From an uncultured Coriobacteriales bacterium (GTDB lineage Bacteria; Actinomycetota; Coriobacteriia; Coriobacteriales; UMGS124): a DNA stretch of 64,000 nt. The notes under the pieces were generated by a model, which worked only from the letters and a program-made list of their open reading frames with translations, made no database searches and was not told the DNA's origin. The stretch covers positions 6,253 through 70,252 of the forward strand of contig CABQHM010000008.1 of assembly GCA_902464015.1 (NCBI GenBank), read 5' to 3'. Every line of letters begins with the position of its first letter. Within the stretch, counting starts at the first letter, position 1. Below, piece by piece: positions 26,322 to 35,723 of this stretch. A program made the translations under genes and the position numbers.

Positions 26322-27401
26322 CTACAGCTCGTGATAGTACGGCACGATGTCCTCGTAGGTGCCGTCGGGCAGGCGGAAGCCGCCGGGGATGACGCCCAGC
26401 TGAGTGAAGCCGAGCTTCTCGTAAAGGTGGCGGGCCACTGCGTTGGTGGCCACGACGGCGTTGAACTGCAGGATTCTAAAGCCGTGCGCTTTGCCTTGTG
26501 CGAGGCTGTCCCGCACAAGTGACTCTCCCACATGGTGCCCGCGCGCTTCGCGGCTCACGGCGTAGCTCGTGTTGCAGATGTGCCCGCAGCGGCCCACGTT
26601 GTTGGGGTGGAGGATGTACATGCCCACAACCTCGCCCGTCTGCGGGATGCAGGCAACGCCACAGTGCGTCTGCTGAGCGAAGAATCCTGCGGCATTTTCG
26701 GCGGTCAGGCATTCATCCTGCGGGAAGGCGATGCCGTCCTCGACAACTTGGTTCCAGATGTCGGCCATGGCAGGCACGTCGAAGGCAGTGTAGGGCCGCA
26801 CGAGAAGTGGCTCGCTCAGGGCGGCGAGCTCATCGGTGCTCATGATGCGCGCGCCGACGGCTGCCATGTCTTCGAGGTTGGCGGTCTGTACTTCGGGTGA
26901 TCTGCTCGACGTTGCGTCTGCGAGCGCGGCCACATCGAACCCGTGCGCCATGGCGTCGTAGCAGGTGGAGCGGATGCAGTTGGGCGTGGTGGTTCCCGCC
27001 AAGATGACGCAGGTCACGCCCAGGTTGCGCAACGTTTCCTCCAGGCCAGTGCGGTCGAAGACCGACCAACTCGGCTTTATGATGACGGTCTCGCCAGGCA
27101 GTGCCTCGAGGCCTGGGCAAGGCTCAAGCGTGTTGGGCCGTGCGTCGCTCAAGGGCTTTCCTGCGGCAAGCCATGCCTCGCGACGACCCGGTTCCACGTC
27201 GTGCCCGTCGAGCGCATAATGACGACGAACGTGAATCACGGGAATGCCCTGCCTGCGTGCAGCCTCAAGGACCTGAACGCATGCGGGCAGGGTCGCCTTG
27301 GCCCCTGCGATGCAAAGTCCGCCGTTAGGCTCAACGAAGCCGCTTTGCATGTCGATGAGCACAAGCGCGCTGGTCTTGGGCGTAAGCACAGGCGATGACA
27401 T
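26322..27401 (-). CDS. Isochorismatase-family cysteine hydrolase fused to a GNAT N-acetyltransferase
   Basis: Track ORF 26322..27569, start ATG 27401 after AAAGGA. The N-terminal half carries LVLIDMQSGF and TTPNCIRST (isochorismatase-like). The C-terminal half carries GHHVGESL...FNAVVATNAVARHLYEKLGF (GNAT). Confidence 0.8.
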   Translation of the reverse strand: MSSPVLTPKTSALVLIDMQSGFVEPNGGLCIAGAKATLPACVQVLEAARRQGIPVIHVRRHYALDGHDVEPGRREAWLAAGKPLSDARPNTLEPCPGLEALPGETVIIKPSWSVFDRTGLEETLRNLGVTCVILAGTTTPNCIRSTCYDAMAHGFDVAALADATSSRSPEVQTANLEDMAAVGARIMSTDELAALSEPLLVRPYTAFDVPAMADIWNQVVEDGIAFPQDECLTAENAAGFFAQQTHCGVACIPQTGEVVGMYILHPNNVGRCGHICNTSYAVSREARGHHVGESLVRDSLAQGKAHGFRILQFNAVVATNAVARHLYEKLGFTQLGVIPGGFRLPDGTYEDIVPYYHEL

Positions 27402-27785
27402 GGAACATCCTTTCATAGTGACGTATGCACTGCATGCTAGCAGCGTGTCGCGCCAGAAGTGTTTCCGGTGAGCGTCTTCACATTTGACACTTTCGACGCT
27501 TTGCCAGGACCCATTGCAATCCAGCGCATCGGCCGAGACTGTCCCCGCATCGCAGCTCGTCATGACCATGCTTACGGACTATGTCCACTGCACCCCGCCT
27601 CAGCCATGCCGGCTGCGTTGGCCTCACGCGGCCTGGCGCGACACGCTCAAGGCGTCACGCCCATTGCGCCACGCCTCAGCCATGCCAGCCGAGTCGCCCC
27701 TCATTAAGCCTGGCATGCCACGTTCAAAGTGGCATGCCCGTTGCGACTTACCTTGGGTACTCCACCGTAGCCCCGCGCGTCCCAC

Positions 27786-28643
27786 CTACTTCGTCTTCAT
27801 CTCGCCGATGCGGTTTTCCACGATCAGCGCCTCACCGTCGGCATTGCGAATCGTCTCCTCAACGGCGTGCAAGTCGCGGGGGTCGAGGATGAGCCTGATC
27901 ATATTCGCAGGTAGACCAGCGCATTCAACAGGCATGACGACCATCGTGGTCTTGGGGCCGGTGTGGGCGAGGAGCGCCTCGCGAAGGGCGTCGACGCGCC
28001 TGGTGACCACGTCGAGCTGGACGCGGCGCTTTCCCAGTGAGAGCAGCTTGTCCAGCGTCAGGGTGTACACCATCACCAGGACGATGCCGTACATGACGCG
28101 GTTGAGGTCGGTGAAGGGAACTTGCACCAACAGAATAAGGAAGTCGAAGACGTACATGGTGCCCGAAATGGGCAGGCCAAAGCGCTTGTTGAGCACGAGG
28201 GGCGGGATGTCCATGCCGCCTGTGCTCGCGCCCAGTCGGATGACGAGGCCCAGACCGCAGCCGATGCACAGTCCGCCGAAGAGGGCGCACAGGAAGGGGT
28301 CGGTCGTGAGCACGGTGTCACCGAGCAGGCTCTGGACGCAGCCGAGCAGCGTTGGGTAGGCAATGGTGCTCGCAAGCGTGCTGAGGGCGAAGGTCTTTCC
28401 GAGCGCGACAAGGCCCACGACGAACATGACGAGGTTGAACGCTCCCACAAAAGGTGCCAAAGGGATGCCCGCTGCGTGTTGCACCGCCAGGCCGATGCCG
28501 GTCGTGCCTCCCGTGACCAGGCCTCCTGGCACCACGAATACGGCAACACCCAGGGCATACACCAAGTTGCCCAAGATAATCCACGCCAAGAGGGATACAA
28601 CCTGCTTACAAGTCTTGGTTACGCGCTGTTCCTTCTCACCCAC
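27786..28643 (-). CDS. YitT-family membrane protein with a C-terminal DUF2179-type domain
   Basis: Track ORF 27786..28892. GTG 28643 is preceded by AAGGAGGA. GGLVTGGTTGIGL and GASTGGMDIP motifs. Soluble C-terminal domain. Confidence 0.8.
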   Translation of the reverse strand: MGEKEQRVTKTCKQVVSLLAWIILGNLVYALGVAVFVVPGGLVTGGTTGIGLAVQHAAGIPLAPFVGAFNLVMFVVGLVALGKTFALSTLASTIAYPTLLGCVQSLLGDTVLTTDPFLCALFGGLCIGCGLGLVIRLGASTGGMDIPPLVLNKRFGLPISGTMYVFDFLILLVQVPFTDLNRVMYGIVLVMVYTLTLDKLLSLGKRRVQLDVVTRRVDALREALLAHTGPKTTMVVMPVECAGLPANMIRLILDPRDLHAVEETIRNADGEALIVENRIGEMKTK

Positions 28644-28658
28644 GTTGTCCTCCTTTAT

Positions 28659-28712
28659 AAAAAAATCCACGCCTGCGAGATTTTCCCTAACAGACGTGGA
28701 TCGAGGCGTGGG
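28659..28712 (-). terminator. Strong intrinsic terminator abutting the yitT-like Shine-Dalgarno (attenuator, or end of an upstream small transcript)
   Basis: Minus strand reads CCACGCCTCGAT...ATCTCGCAGGCGTGG then ATTTTTTTATAAAGGAGGA. Confidence 0.65.
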
Positions 28713-28970
28713 CCTAATACAGATGGTGCCTATAGCTTTGTCAGCACGGCGAAGTATAGCATGCTTCATGGCTATTCGACACCACAAACCGCTTGACGAA
28801 AGGTGACTCCAGGGTGTAAAGAGCATCATCCGATTTTTCTGGCGGTAAAGAGGTGTGCGGTGGAAAAGCAGACCCACGGTGGATTGAATCAATCGAAGGG
28901 CGAAGGTTTACGTATAAGACCTGGGGAGTCAGCCTCTGTTCGACCAACAAGTGGCATCTTCCCGAAGCCT

Positions 28971-30121
28971 GTGCCGGCCTCTAGCCTCGACTTTCTGGAT
29001 GAAATCAATCAAGAGCTTGTATCCCAAGGATTTGTACAACTTATCCAGGCGGAACAAGTCATGCTTGCATCCAGCCGTCTGGACGCCCTCGAAGAGACGC
29101 AGCGCGTCGAGTTTGGAGACGGGCCCGCCTTGATGTTCACAGGGGCCTCGCCTCATCGACCCTTATCTCGCGCGAGAATCTTACAGATACCATCGCAGCG
29201 CTTGAAACAGCATTTTACCAGGTAAAGGATGACACGCTTGACGCATGTCCCGATATAGAGGCTGTTGAGGAGCTTGTTGCGGCCCTTGATGAGTGCGATG
29301 GCGATGTTGAGCGCGCGTGTTCTACGGCGACCGAGCACCTGCGTCGCCGATGGTTTGTGGGAGAGAGCCCCTGGGGTGACGACGACACTGCCTGTGCTAC
29401 ATGCGAGGCTGCATTTGGCCCTTCGTTGCCGGCCTGGGAAGTTGTCGAGTGTCTCGCCTCTGCTGAATATGTTCTCGACGATGATTGCGGTCTTGCTTCG
29501 CAGTTTGACCGAGGTGTTGAGCGCATCAAGCATAAGGCCGAGCAAACTCGCACGCTTTGGAGCCAAGTGCGTGCTTCGGTTCCGCGGCCGACATCACAAT
29601 CAATGCTCGATACGTTTAAAAGCATAGGCCGGTTATTCGATCTCTACGATCCGGTTCTGTCAGCCCATGTAGTGCCTTGCGACATCGACTACCAGCTTGA
29701 CCTGTCGGTCCCTGACAGCTTTTTGGGTATCGATTATGTGCACGAATACCTGCGACGCTTGTCTATTGAAAACTCGCTGTTGGTTTGCTGTGAGCCAGGG
29801 GTTCTCGCCTCCCTGCTCGATTCTTGGATGCCTGACTGGCGCGCTTTGGTCGCCAATTTTTATGAGCCTGTTGCCAGCGCTTTGTTGCAATCGGTGCTCA
29901 TGGCAAACGCTGCCGGGGTTGTTTGTCCAGATAGTTCCTCGCGGCAAGAAGGTATCGACTTGGCTGCCAGCGTCTCGAATGCCTGTCCCAATGCCCGTTT
30001 CAGCCGTGCTTCCATCCTCCAGGTGGCATCCGATGCCGCAGATAATCTCGCGCTCGACGTCGATGCAAGGTCCTATCTGTTTGACTTTGCAAGAGAAAAC
30101 GGGATTTACCTGGCACGATAG
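28971..30121 (+). pseudogene. Unknown-function gene interrupted by a single-base frameshift at a G-run near 29142
   Basis: The frame of ORF 28803..29225 reads ...LDEINQELVSQGFVQLIQAEQVMLASSRLDALEETQRVEFGDGPALMFTG. It continues sensibly in the frame of ORF 29357..30121 (LASSTLISRENLTDTIAALETAFYQVKDD...) if one G is added to ACAGGGGCC. No start codon exists in the downstream frame before 29357. The 5' start (GTG 28971) is tentative. Confidence 0.45.
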
Positions 30122-30160
30122 GTACAATCGGGCAAGGAGGCAGTTCGGTTCTTGCTGATT

Positions 30161-31576
30161 TTATTGGGCTGTTGCGAGTGCCTCCAGCTTTTCTAGCAGC
30201 TGGCCTTTTGAGCGCACGCCTGTTTTCGAATATATGTGTTCGCAGTGAGCCTTTACGGTTCCGCGAGCAATTGAGAGTTCATCGCAGATATCACTTATCC
30301 CTTTTTCAGCTGCTAGCAGTGCGAGAACCTCGCTCTCACGAGTGGTCAGTCCGCAATGCTTCGTCAAGAGGGCGCATGCCTGGCGCACTCGTTCTTGAGC
30401 CTCGTGCTCTTGGCTGATTCGACCAGGCCCAAATACCCCAACTCCCCATTTGCTGCCAACGCCGCTGTCTTTGAAGAAAAGCAATGTTGCCACTGCGGTA
30501 AGGGCCACGAGTGTTATGACAAGCAGGGACGTCGAAAGCCCATGGGATGCAAGGAGTTCCCCCCGTCCTCCAATAGCAATTCCAGCCGACTGGAACACTG
30601 CGGCAGCCTCTTCGATTCCGAACAGAAACACTGCCGGAATCCTGTGGCGATGCGATATGTCGCACAGCAGAAGGAAGACGGCAAGTTCAAATAATGCGGC
30701 ACCTAGAGATGTCGTGACGGCCACAAGATTCTCGTTGGTGCCTTCGCCTGTGAAGGGGAGGAGCAAAAGCACGCAGACCAAGACTATAAGTGGCGAGCTG
30801 AGAACGCGTTGCAGGTCAAAGGAGTCGGAGAACAATGCCAGGGGTATGAGCACCAGCAGTCCGGCCAAGGCGTTTGAGATGTTCTTGAATACAAGCGATG
30901 AGGCTTCAGCAGTACCCATGCAAATTCCTGACGCCAGGTAGTACATGGCTATCAAAACAAGCAATTGCCAGGGAAAGCGCAGCTTTGTATTCCGGGTAGC
31001 GACAGGCGATTGAGGCGCGACCGTTGTTGCACGCATAAAGCAAGCGGTGGAGAGCAACGGCAGGACGATCAAGGCGACATGGCGATACGGCACAATCATG
31101 CCATCGAGAAGTGCATTGATGAAAACGGCCAGGATGAACGATGTCGAAAGGCTCAATGCCGCCTTCGTTATATCCAGCCTACTGTAGAGCTCGCACCAGA
31201 GAAGGATGAACAGGGCTGAAGCGCAGGCCGCCACGGAACCCAGTAAGACGCCCGCCGCCGGGTTGAACGCACTGGAATTCAGCGCGGTGAGAATGAGAGC
31301 CCCTGCGGACGAAAGCACTGCAAGAACGGTTGCGCTTGCCAGTGGCCAATGCCGTTGTGAGACGGGGGAGATGCGTGTGGCAAGCAGTGCCAGGATGAGA
31401 AGTACGGCGGCCAGAACGATATCGTGGGCAAGGCCGTCGAGCCCGACAAGCAGATTCTCATGGGTAAGCAGCGATAACCACGAGCGGAAAAAGGCCAAAC
31501 CCATGAATGAGACGGGTACGTTGAGAAACGCCAACAATCCGGAACGCATTGATTCTTTGGTTGGCAGAGTAGCCAT
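30161..31576 (-). CDS. Polytopic membrane-bound LuxR-family transcriptional regulator
   Basis: About 10 TM helices, then a C-terminal HTH: TTRESEVLALLAAEKGISDICDELSIARGTVKAHCEHIYSKTGVRSK. Confidence 0.85.
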   Translation of the reverse strand: MATLPTKESMRSGLLAFLNVPVSFMGLAFFRSWLSLLTHENLLVGLDGLAHDIVLAAVLLILALLATRISPVSQRHWPLASATVLAVLSSAGALILTALNSSAFNPAAGVLLGSVAACASALFILLWCELYSRLDITKAALSLSTSFILAVFINALLDGMIVPYRHVALIVLPLLSTACFMRATTVAPQSPVATRNTKLRFPWQLLVLIAMYYLASGICMGTAEASSLVFKNISNALAGLLVLIPLALFSDSFDLQRVLSSPLIVLVCVLLLLPFTGEGTNENLVAVTTSLGAALFELAVFLLLCDISHRHRIPAVFLFGIEEAAAVFQSAGIAIGGRGELLASHGLSTSLLVITLVALTAVATLLFFKDSGVGSKWGVGVFGPGRISQEHEAQERVRQACALLTKHCGLTTRESEVLALLAAEKGISDICDELSIARGTVKAHCEHIYSKTGVRSKGQLLEKLEALATAQ

Positions 31577-31699
31577 CTTTTGCCATGCCTCCTGATGTGC
31601 TGGGACTCAAACGGAAAGATTATATCGTTTACCTGCGAGGTTTAGGAGGGGTTTATGAATATAGGACTCATTTTTGCTTGCGGCCAATGGTGGATAACG

Positions 31700-31740
31700 C
31701 CTCAGCAGACGTACTTTTCGACTTGTCAAAGCGTCTGAGG
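31700..31740. promoter_or_regulatory. Inverted repeat in the LuxR/reductase divergent promoter region
   Basis: CCTCAGCAGACG..(20 nt)..CGTCTGAGG. Confidence 0.35.
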
Positions 31741-31828
31741 TCGTACGGGAGATAAAGATGTCGAACATCCCCAGGCGCGCAACTCAAAGCCCACCTCAAT
31801 TGATGTGGGCGTGACAAGGAGGACCATC

Positions 31829-33388
31829 ATGCTTATGAACAATGCTGCACCCATGACTCGTCGCAGTGCAATCGGCCTCTCGGCTGGCGTTGCCGCGCTT
31901 GCATGTGTTTCTTCTGCAAAGGCCGACGAGATGCAGCCTGCCGTTGAGAATACGCCGTCTTTCCTTGCTCAGCCCGAGCCTATCACGGATATTGCCAACA
32001 CCGTCGATTACGACATCGTCGTGGTAGGTGCCGGTCAGGCCGGTATGGCTGCCGCCATGCATGCGGCAGAACTGGGAGCCAGGGTCGCCCTTCTTCAAAA
32101 GCTTTCGTTTGCCTCGACGCAGGGCTTTACCGCCGTCGGCCTGGACAGCGAGACCGATGATGCCACGCGTGAGGGTTTTGTGAGCTACCTCATGCTCCTC
32201 AACGACCTTCGTTCGAAGCGCGAGCTGCTTGAGGTTTGGGCCAAGCGCAGCGGTGAGGTCATCAAGTGGCATCGTGACTTTCTTACCAAGGCCGGCGCTG
32301 AGGTGCCTTCTGAGGAAGACAGCCTCTATACCCGCATGTGTAATGGCTACGAGGCCCATTTCCTGATGGCACGCCCTAAGGGCACCCATGCTGCCACTGC
32401 CCAGCTTCTTGCCGACTATGCCCAAGCCAATGGCGTGGACGTGTTCTATGAGACCCCTGGCGTTCAGCTTGTGTGCTCCGACGGTGCTGTCACCGGTGTT
32501 ATCGCGGGTACCGAGGGCAACTACACCCAGTTCAACGCCAGTAAGGGTGTCATCCTGGCTACGGGCGACTATCAGTGCAACAAGGAGATGATCGCTTACT
32601 ACTGCCCCGACGCCCTGTACTTCCCGCCGCTCATCTCTGAGCGCACTGGTGATGGCCATTGCATGGGCGTGTGGGCTGGCGGTCATATCGAGCCCCTTAA
32701 CCACACCAAGATGATTCACGACGTCTGGATGCAGTTTGCCCCCTACATGATGGTGGACGAGTCGGGCAAGCGTTTTTGCGACGAGCACATCCCGTGGTTC
32801 CGCATCAACAACCTCATGCGCGACATGCTCAAGGCGCATCAGGATGACCCCGAGAATGCGCGTGTCTTCAGCATCTTTGACAGCGCTTATGTTGACCAGG
32901 CAACCGAGTGGGCCACCCACGATGAGAACATCGTGCCCAAGGAAGTTCCGACCGACCAGGAGACGCTCGGTGACTACGCGCTGGTAAACAAAGCAGACAC
33001 CCTTGAGGGGCTGGCCGAGCTCATCAACATTGACCCCGAGGTCTTGGTCTCCAGCGTGGAGCGTTACAACGAGCTGGTAGACAAGGGTGCTGACGATGAT
33101 TTTGGCAAGGACGCTCGTTATCTTGCCAAGATTGAGGCCGGTCCCTTCTATGCGGTGCAGCGCGACTTTAATTGGGGCCTGTCCGCCACGCTGGGTGGAC
33201 TCGTCATCGACGAAAAGCAGCATGTGCTTGACGACAACGATGAGCCTATCCCCGGTTTGTTTGCGTCGGGCAACTGCTCTGGTCCGTTCTTTGGCGCGGT
33301 GGATTACCCCATGACCTTTGGTGGACTTTCCATCGGCCGTTGCATTACCGGCGGCTATATTGCCGCTGAGGTTGCGATGGAAGTTTAA
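31829..33388 (+). CDS. Tat-exported FAD-dependent oxidoreductase (fumarate-reductase/flavocytochrome-c flavoprotein family)
   Basis: AAGGAGGA precedes ATG 31829. Tat signal MTRRSAIGLSAGVAALACVSSAKA. Dinucleotide fold YDIVVVGAGQAGMAAAMHAAELGARVALLQK. C-terminal GLFASGNCSG. Confidence 0.85.
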   Translation: MLMNNAAPMTRRSAIGLSAGVAALACVSSAKADEMQPAVENTPSFLAQPEPITDIANTVDYDIVVVGAGQAGMAAAMHAAELGARVALLQKLSFASTQGFTAVGLDSETDDATREGFVSYLMLLNDLRSKRELLEVWAKRSGEVIKWHRDFLTKAGAEVPSEEDSLYTRMCNGYEAHFLMARPKGTHAATAQLLADYAQANGVDVFYETPGVQLVCSDGAVTGVIAGTEGNYTQFNASKGVILATGDYQCNKEMIAYYCPDALYFPPLISERTGDGHCMGVWAGGHIEPLNHTKMIHDVWMQFAPYMMVDESGKRFCDEHIPWFRINNLMRDMLKAHQDDPENARVFSIFDSAYVDQATEWATHDENIVPKEVPTDQETLGDYALVNKADTLEGLAELINIDPEVLVSSVERYNELVDKGADDDFGKDARYLAKIEAGPFYAVQRDFNWGLSATLGGLVIDEKQHVLDDNDEPIPGLFASGNCSGPFFGAVDYPMTFGGLSIGRCITGGYIAAEVAMEV

Positions 33389-33413
33389 ACAGCGTTTAGG
33401 AATCAGGTAAAAA

Positions 33414-33451
33414 GAGGGCCGCTCGCGCGCATGCGAGCGGCCCTCGGTTTT
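33414..33451. terminator. Bidirectional terminator shared by the two convergent reductase genes
   Basis: AAAAA-GAGGGCCGCTCGCGCGCATGCGAGCGGCCCTC-GGTTTT. Confidence 0.8.
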
Positions 33452-33468
33452 AATCGGTGCTGCTAGCT

Positions 33469-35688
33469 CTAGATCTTCTCGACCTGGCACAGGGCTGCGC
33501 GGAAGGGCGGGAAGCCGGTAATGGGGCAGAAGTCGCGCGAGATGAGCAGGTTGACGTCTGCCTTGGCCCAGCCGTGGAAGATGTCCACGACGCCGGGGAG
33601 CACCATGTTGGTCACTTCGACCTTCATGAAGATCTCGCCCAGGTGGTTGAACACGCGCACGTCATCACCGTCGACCAGGCCGCGCTCAGCCGCGTCCTTG
33701 GGGTGCAGGCGCACGACGGGATCGGGCATGAACTGGTTGAGCCACGGAAGTCCGCGCAGCTTGGAGTGCGTGTAGTAGGGCACGCGGCCGCCGGAGTTGA
33801 GCACGAGCGGGTAGTCCTTGGCATACTCGGGGGTGCTCAGGGGGCTGTACACGGGCTCCTCGTACACGGGCAGGCCCTCATAGCCGTACTTCTCGTACAC
33901 ACCGCTGACCAGCTCGACCTTGCCGGAGAGCGTGTTGAAGCCAGGCTTGCCGTCCTTGCGGATACCGCCGGTCTCGTAGCGCTTCGGCTCGGGCGCGGGG
34001 CCCTCGATGGTGATGCCCTCGGGATGGGCGCGCAGGTCGTCCAGGGTGATGCCGGCGTTGATGTCCACGAGCATGCTCTCAAGCGCCGCCTCGACCGAGC
34101 CGTGGAAGCACTCCTCCTCATAGCCCAGCTTGCAGCCGAGCTCGAGCAGGATCTGGAAGTCCTCGCGTGCCTCGCCGGCAGGCTTCACCACGGGCTCGCG
34201 CAGGAAGATCTTGCGGCCGAAGACCGCGAAGGGAGCCATGCGCTCGTAGGGCATTGCGGCCGGCAGCAGGATGTCCACGTAGTCGTGGGTCCAGGGGCGC
34301 ATGTAGTAGTCGATGGCGACGGAGAACTCCATGTCGCCGATGGCCTTCTGGTACTCAGGCGTCTGGGGGAGCATCATGGCGTTGGCGCCCAGCAGGACGG
34401 CCGCCTTGAGGTCGCCGTTGGCCACGAACTCGGGCAGGGCGTTCATCTGGATCATCTGGTTGTAGTGCGCCCACACGGGGTAGAGGTCCTTGTCCAGACG
34501 CTTCTCACCCAGGTTGTTTTCGGCGTAGATGCCCACGCCGTTGAAGTTGGGCGTGGAGGCGGCGTAGTCGAAGCCCAGGCCGCCGCCCAGCGACAGGCCG
34601 CCGGGGATGTCGAGCGAGCCCATGAGCGAGATGATCATGAAGACGGCGCGCAGGTAGTGACCCACGTTGGTCTGGTGGGCGCCGCCGGCGGAAGAGGAGA
34701 CGAGGGTGCTGGGGGAGTTCTCCCAGATCATCTTGACGGCAGCCTCGAGCTTGTCGGCGGGAACGCCCGTGATGGCCTCGACGCGCTCGGGAGTGTAGTC
34801 GGCCACGTAGGCCTTGAGCTCCTCAAGACCCGTGGTCCAGTTCTCGGCGAAGTCGACGTCATACATGTTGTCGCGGAACATGATGTGCAGCCAGCCGGCG
34901 GCAAGGGCGCCGTCGGTGCCGGGGCGCAGCTGCAGGTGAATGTCGGCCAGGCCCGTGACCGTGGGGGTGATACGGGGGTCGACCACGACGAACTTGCAGC
35001 CGCGCTCCTTCTGCTTCATCATCGAGCTGAAGCGGTAGGGCTGCGACCAGGCGGGGTTCAGACTCCAGACCAGCGCGGAGTTGGACGCGTCGGAGGGGTC
35101 GGTGCCCATGGAGATGTTGCCGATGACGGCCTGGGAGGTGATCCAGGTGGCGCTTGCGCAGCAGGAGCTCTCCACGCCGTAGTTGGGCGAGCCGAAGAGC
35201 GTGGCCAGGCGCTGCATGGCGCCGCGGGGCTCCTTGGGGTCACCGCAGTAGAAGAAGACCTTCTCGGGGCCGTACTCCTCCTTCACGCGGTTCAGCTCGG
35301 AGGCGATGCGCTCGTAAGCCTCGTCCCAGGAGATGGGCGCCCACTCGGGGGTGCCGGTGCCCTTGGCGTTGGTGCGGATCATGGGCGTGGTGATGCGCTC
35401 GGGATCGTAGAGCTCCTGCATGGAGGAGAGGCCCTTGGCGCACAGGGGGCTGGCGGGGTAGCCCTCGCGCGACTCGATGTGCACGACCTTGCCGTCCTTC
35501 ACGGTGCAGGCGATGCCGCACTTGGGAACATGGTTGCACATGTCGCAGTAGGTGTACTTGATTTCCTCGGGGGCATCTTCAGCAATGGCGCCCGCAGGGT
35601 GGGAGATGTCATAGGAACCCAGGGCAGCGGCGCCGGCAAGAGCGGCGGTACCCTTGATCATGGAGCGGCGCGTAATGTTCGTCTGCAT
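33469..35688 (-). CDS. Tat-exported molybdopterin (bis-PGD, DMSO-reductase-family) oxidoreductase catalytic subunit
   Basis: Track ORF 33469..35811, start ATG 35688 (MQTNITRRSMIKGTAALAGAAALG). N-terminal Cys cluster YCDMCNHVPKCGIAC. Molybdopterin and dinucleotide-binding domains run throughout. Confidence 0.9.
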   Translation of the reverse strand: MQTNITRRSMIKGTAALAGAAALGSYDISHPAGAIAEDAPEEIKYTYCDMCNHVPKCGIACTVKDGKVVHIESREGYPASPLCAKGLSSMQELYDPERITTPMIRTNAKGTGTPEWAPISWDEAYERIASELNRVKEEYGPEKVFFYCGDPKEPRGAMQRLATLFGSPNYGVESSCCASATWITSQAVIGNISMGTDPSDASNSALVWSLNPAWSQPYRFSSMMKQKERGCKFVVVDPRITPTVTGLADIHLQLRPGTDGALAAGWLHIMFRDNMYDVDFAENWTTGLEELKAYVADYTPERVEAITGVPADKLEAAVKMIWENSPSTLVSSSAGGAHQTNVGHYLRAVFMIISLMGSLDIPGGLSLGGGLGFDYAASTPNFNGVGIYAENNLGEKRLDKDLYPVWAHYNQMIQMNALPEFVANGDLKAAVLLGANAMMLPQTPEYQKAIGDMEFSVAIDYYMRPWTHDYVDILLPAAMPYERMAPFAVFGRKIFLREPVVKPAGEAREDFQILLELGCKLGYEEECFHGSVEAALESMLVDINAGITLDDLRAHPEGITIEGPAPEPKRYETGGIRKDGKPGFNTLSGKVELVSGVYEKYGYEGLPVYEEPVYSPLSTPEYAKDYPLVLNSGGRVPYYTHSKLRGLPWLNQFMPDPVVRLHPKDAAERGLVDGDDVRVFNHLGEIFMKVEVTNMVLPGVVDIFHGWAKADVNLLISRDFCPITGFPPFRAALCQVEKI

Positions 35689-35723
35689 GTCGAACACCTT
35701 TCTCGAGTGAAGTGGCGATGGCG

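Noticed and set aside
28816-28847. Minus-strand ACCGCCAGAAAAAUCGGAUGAUGCUCUUUAC resembles the 3' half of the fluoride riboswitch.
   Set aside because: There is no upstream GGNGAUG..CNCC P1 hairpin. Nothing complementary to GCUCU is available to form the pseudoknot. The gene context (YitT) is also not typical.
28741-28950. The 69-aa minus-strand ORF upstream of the yitT-like terminator, as a real small protein.
   Set aside because: It has no SD and no recognisable motif, and it lies in an AT-richer region where random ORFs of this size are expected. It is mentioned only as an alternative in the attenuator finding.
33469-35688. Selenocysteine (in-frame TGA) in the molybdopterin enzyme.
   Set aside because: The ORF is uninterrupted, and the position equivalent to the Mo ligand lies within continuous sense codons. 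No SECIS-like hairpin is needed.
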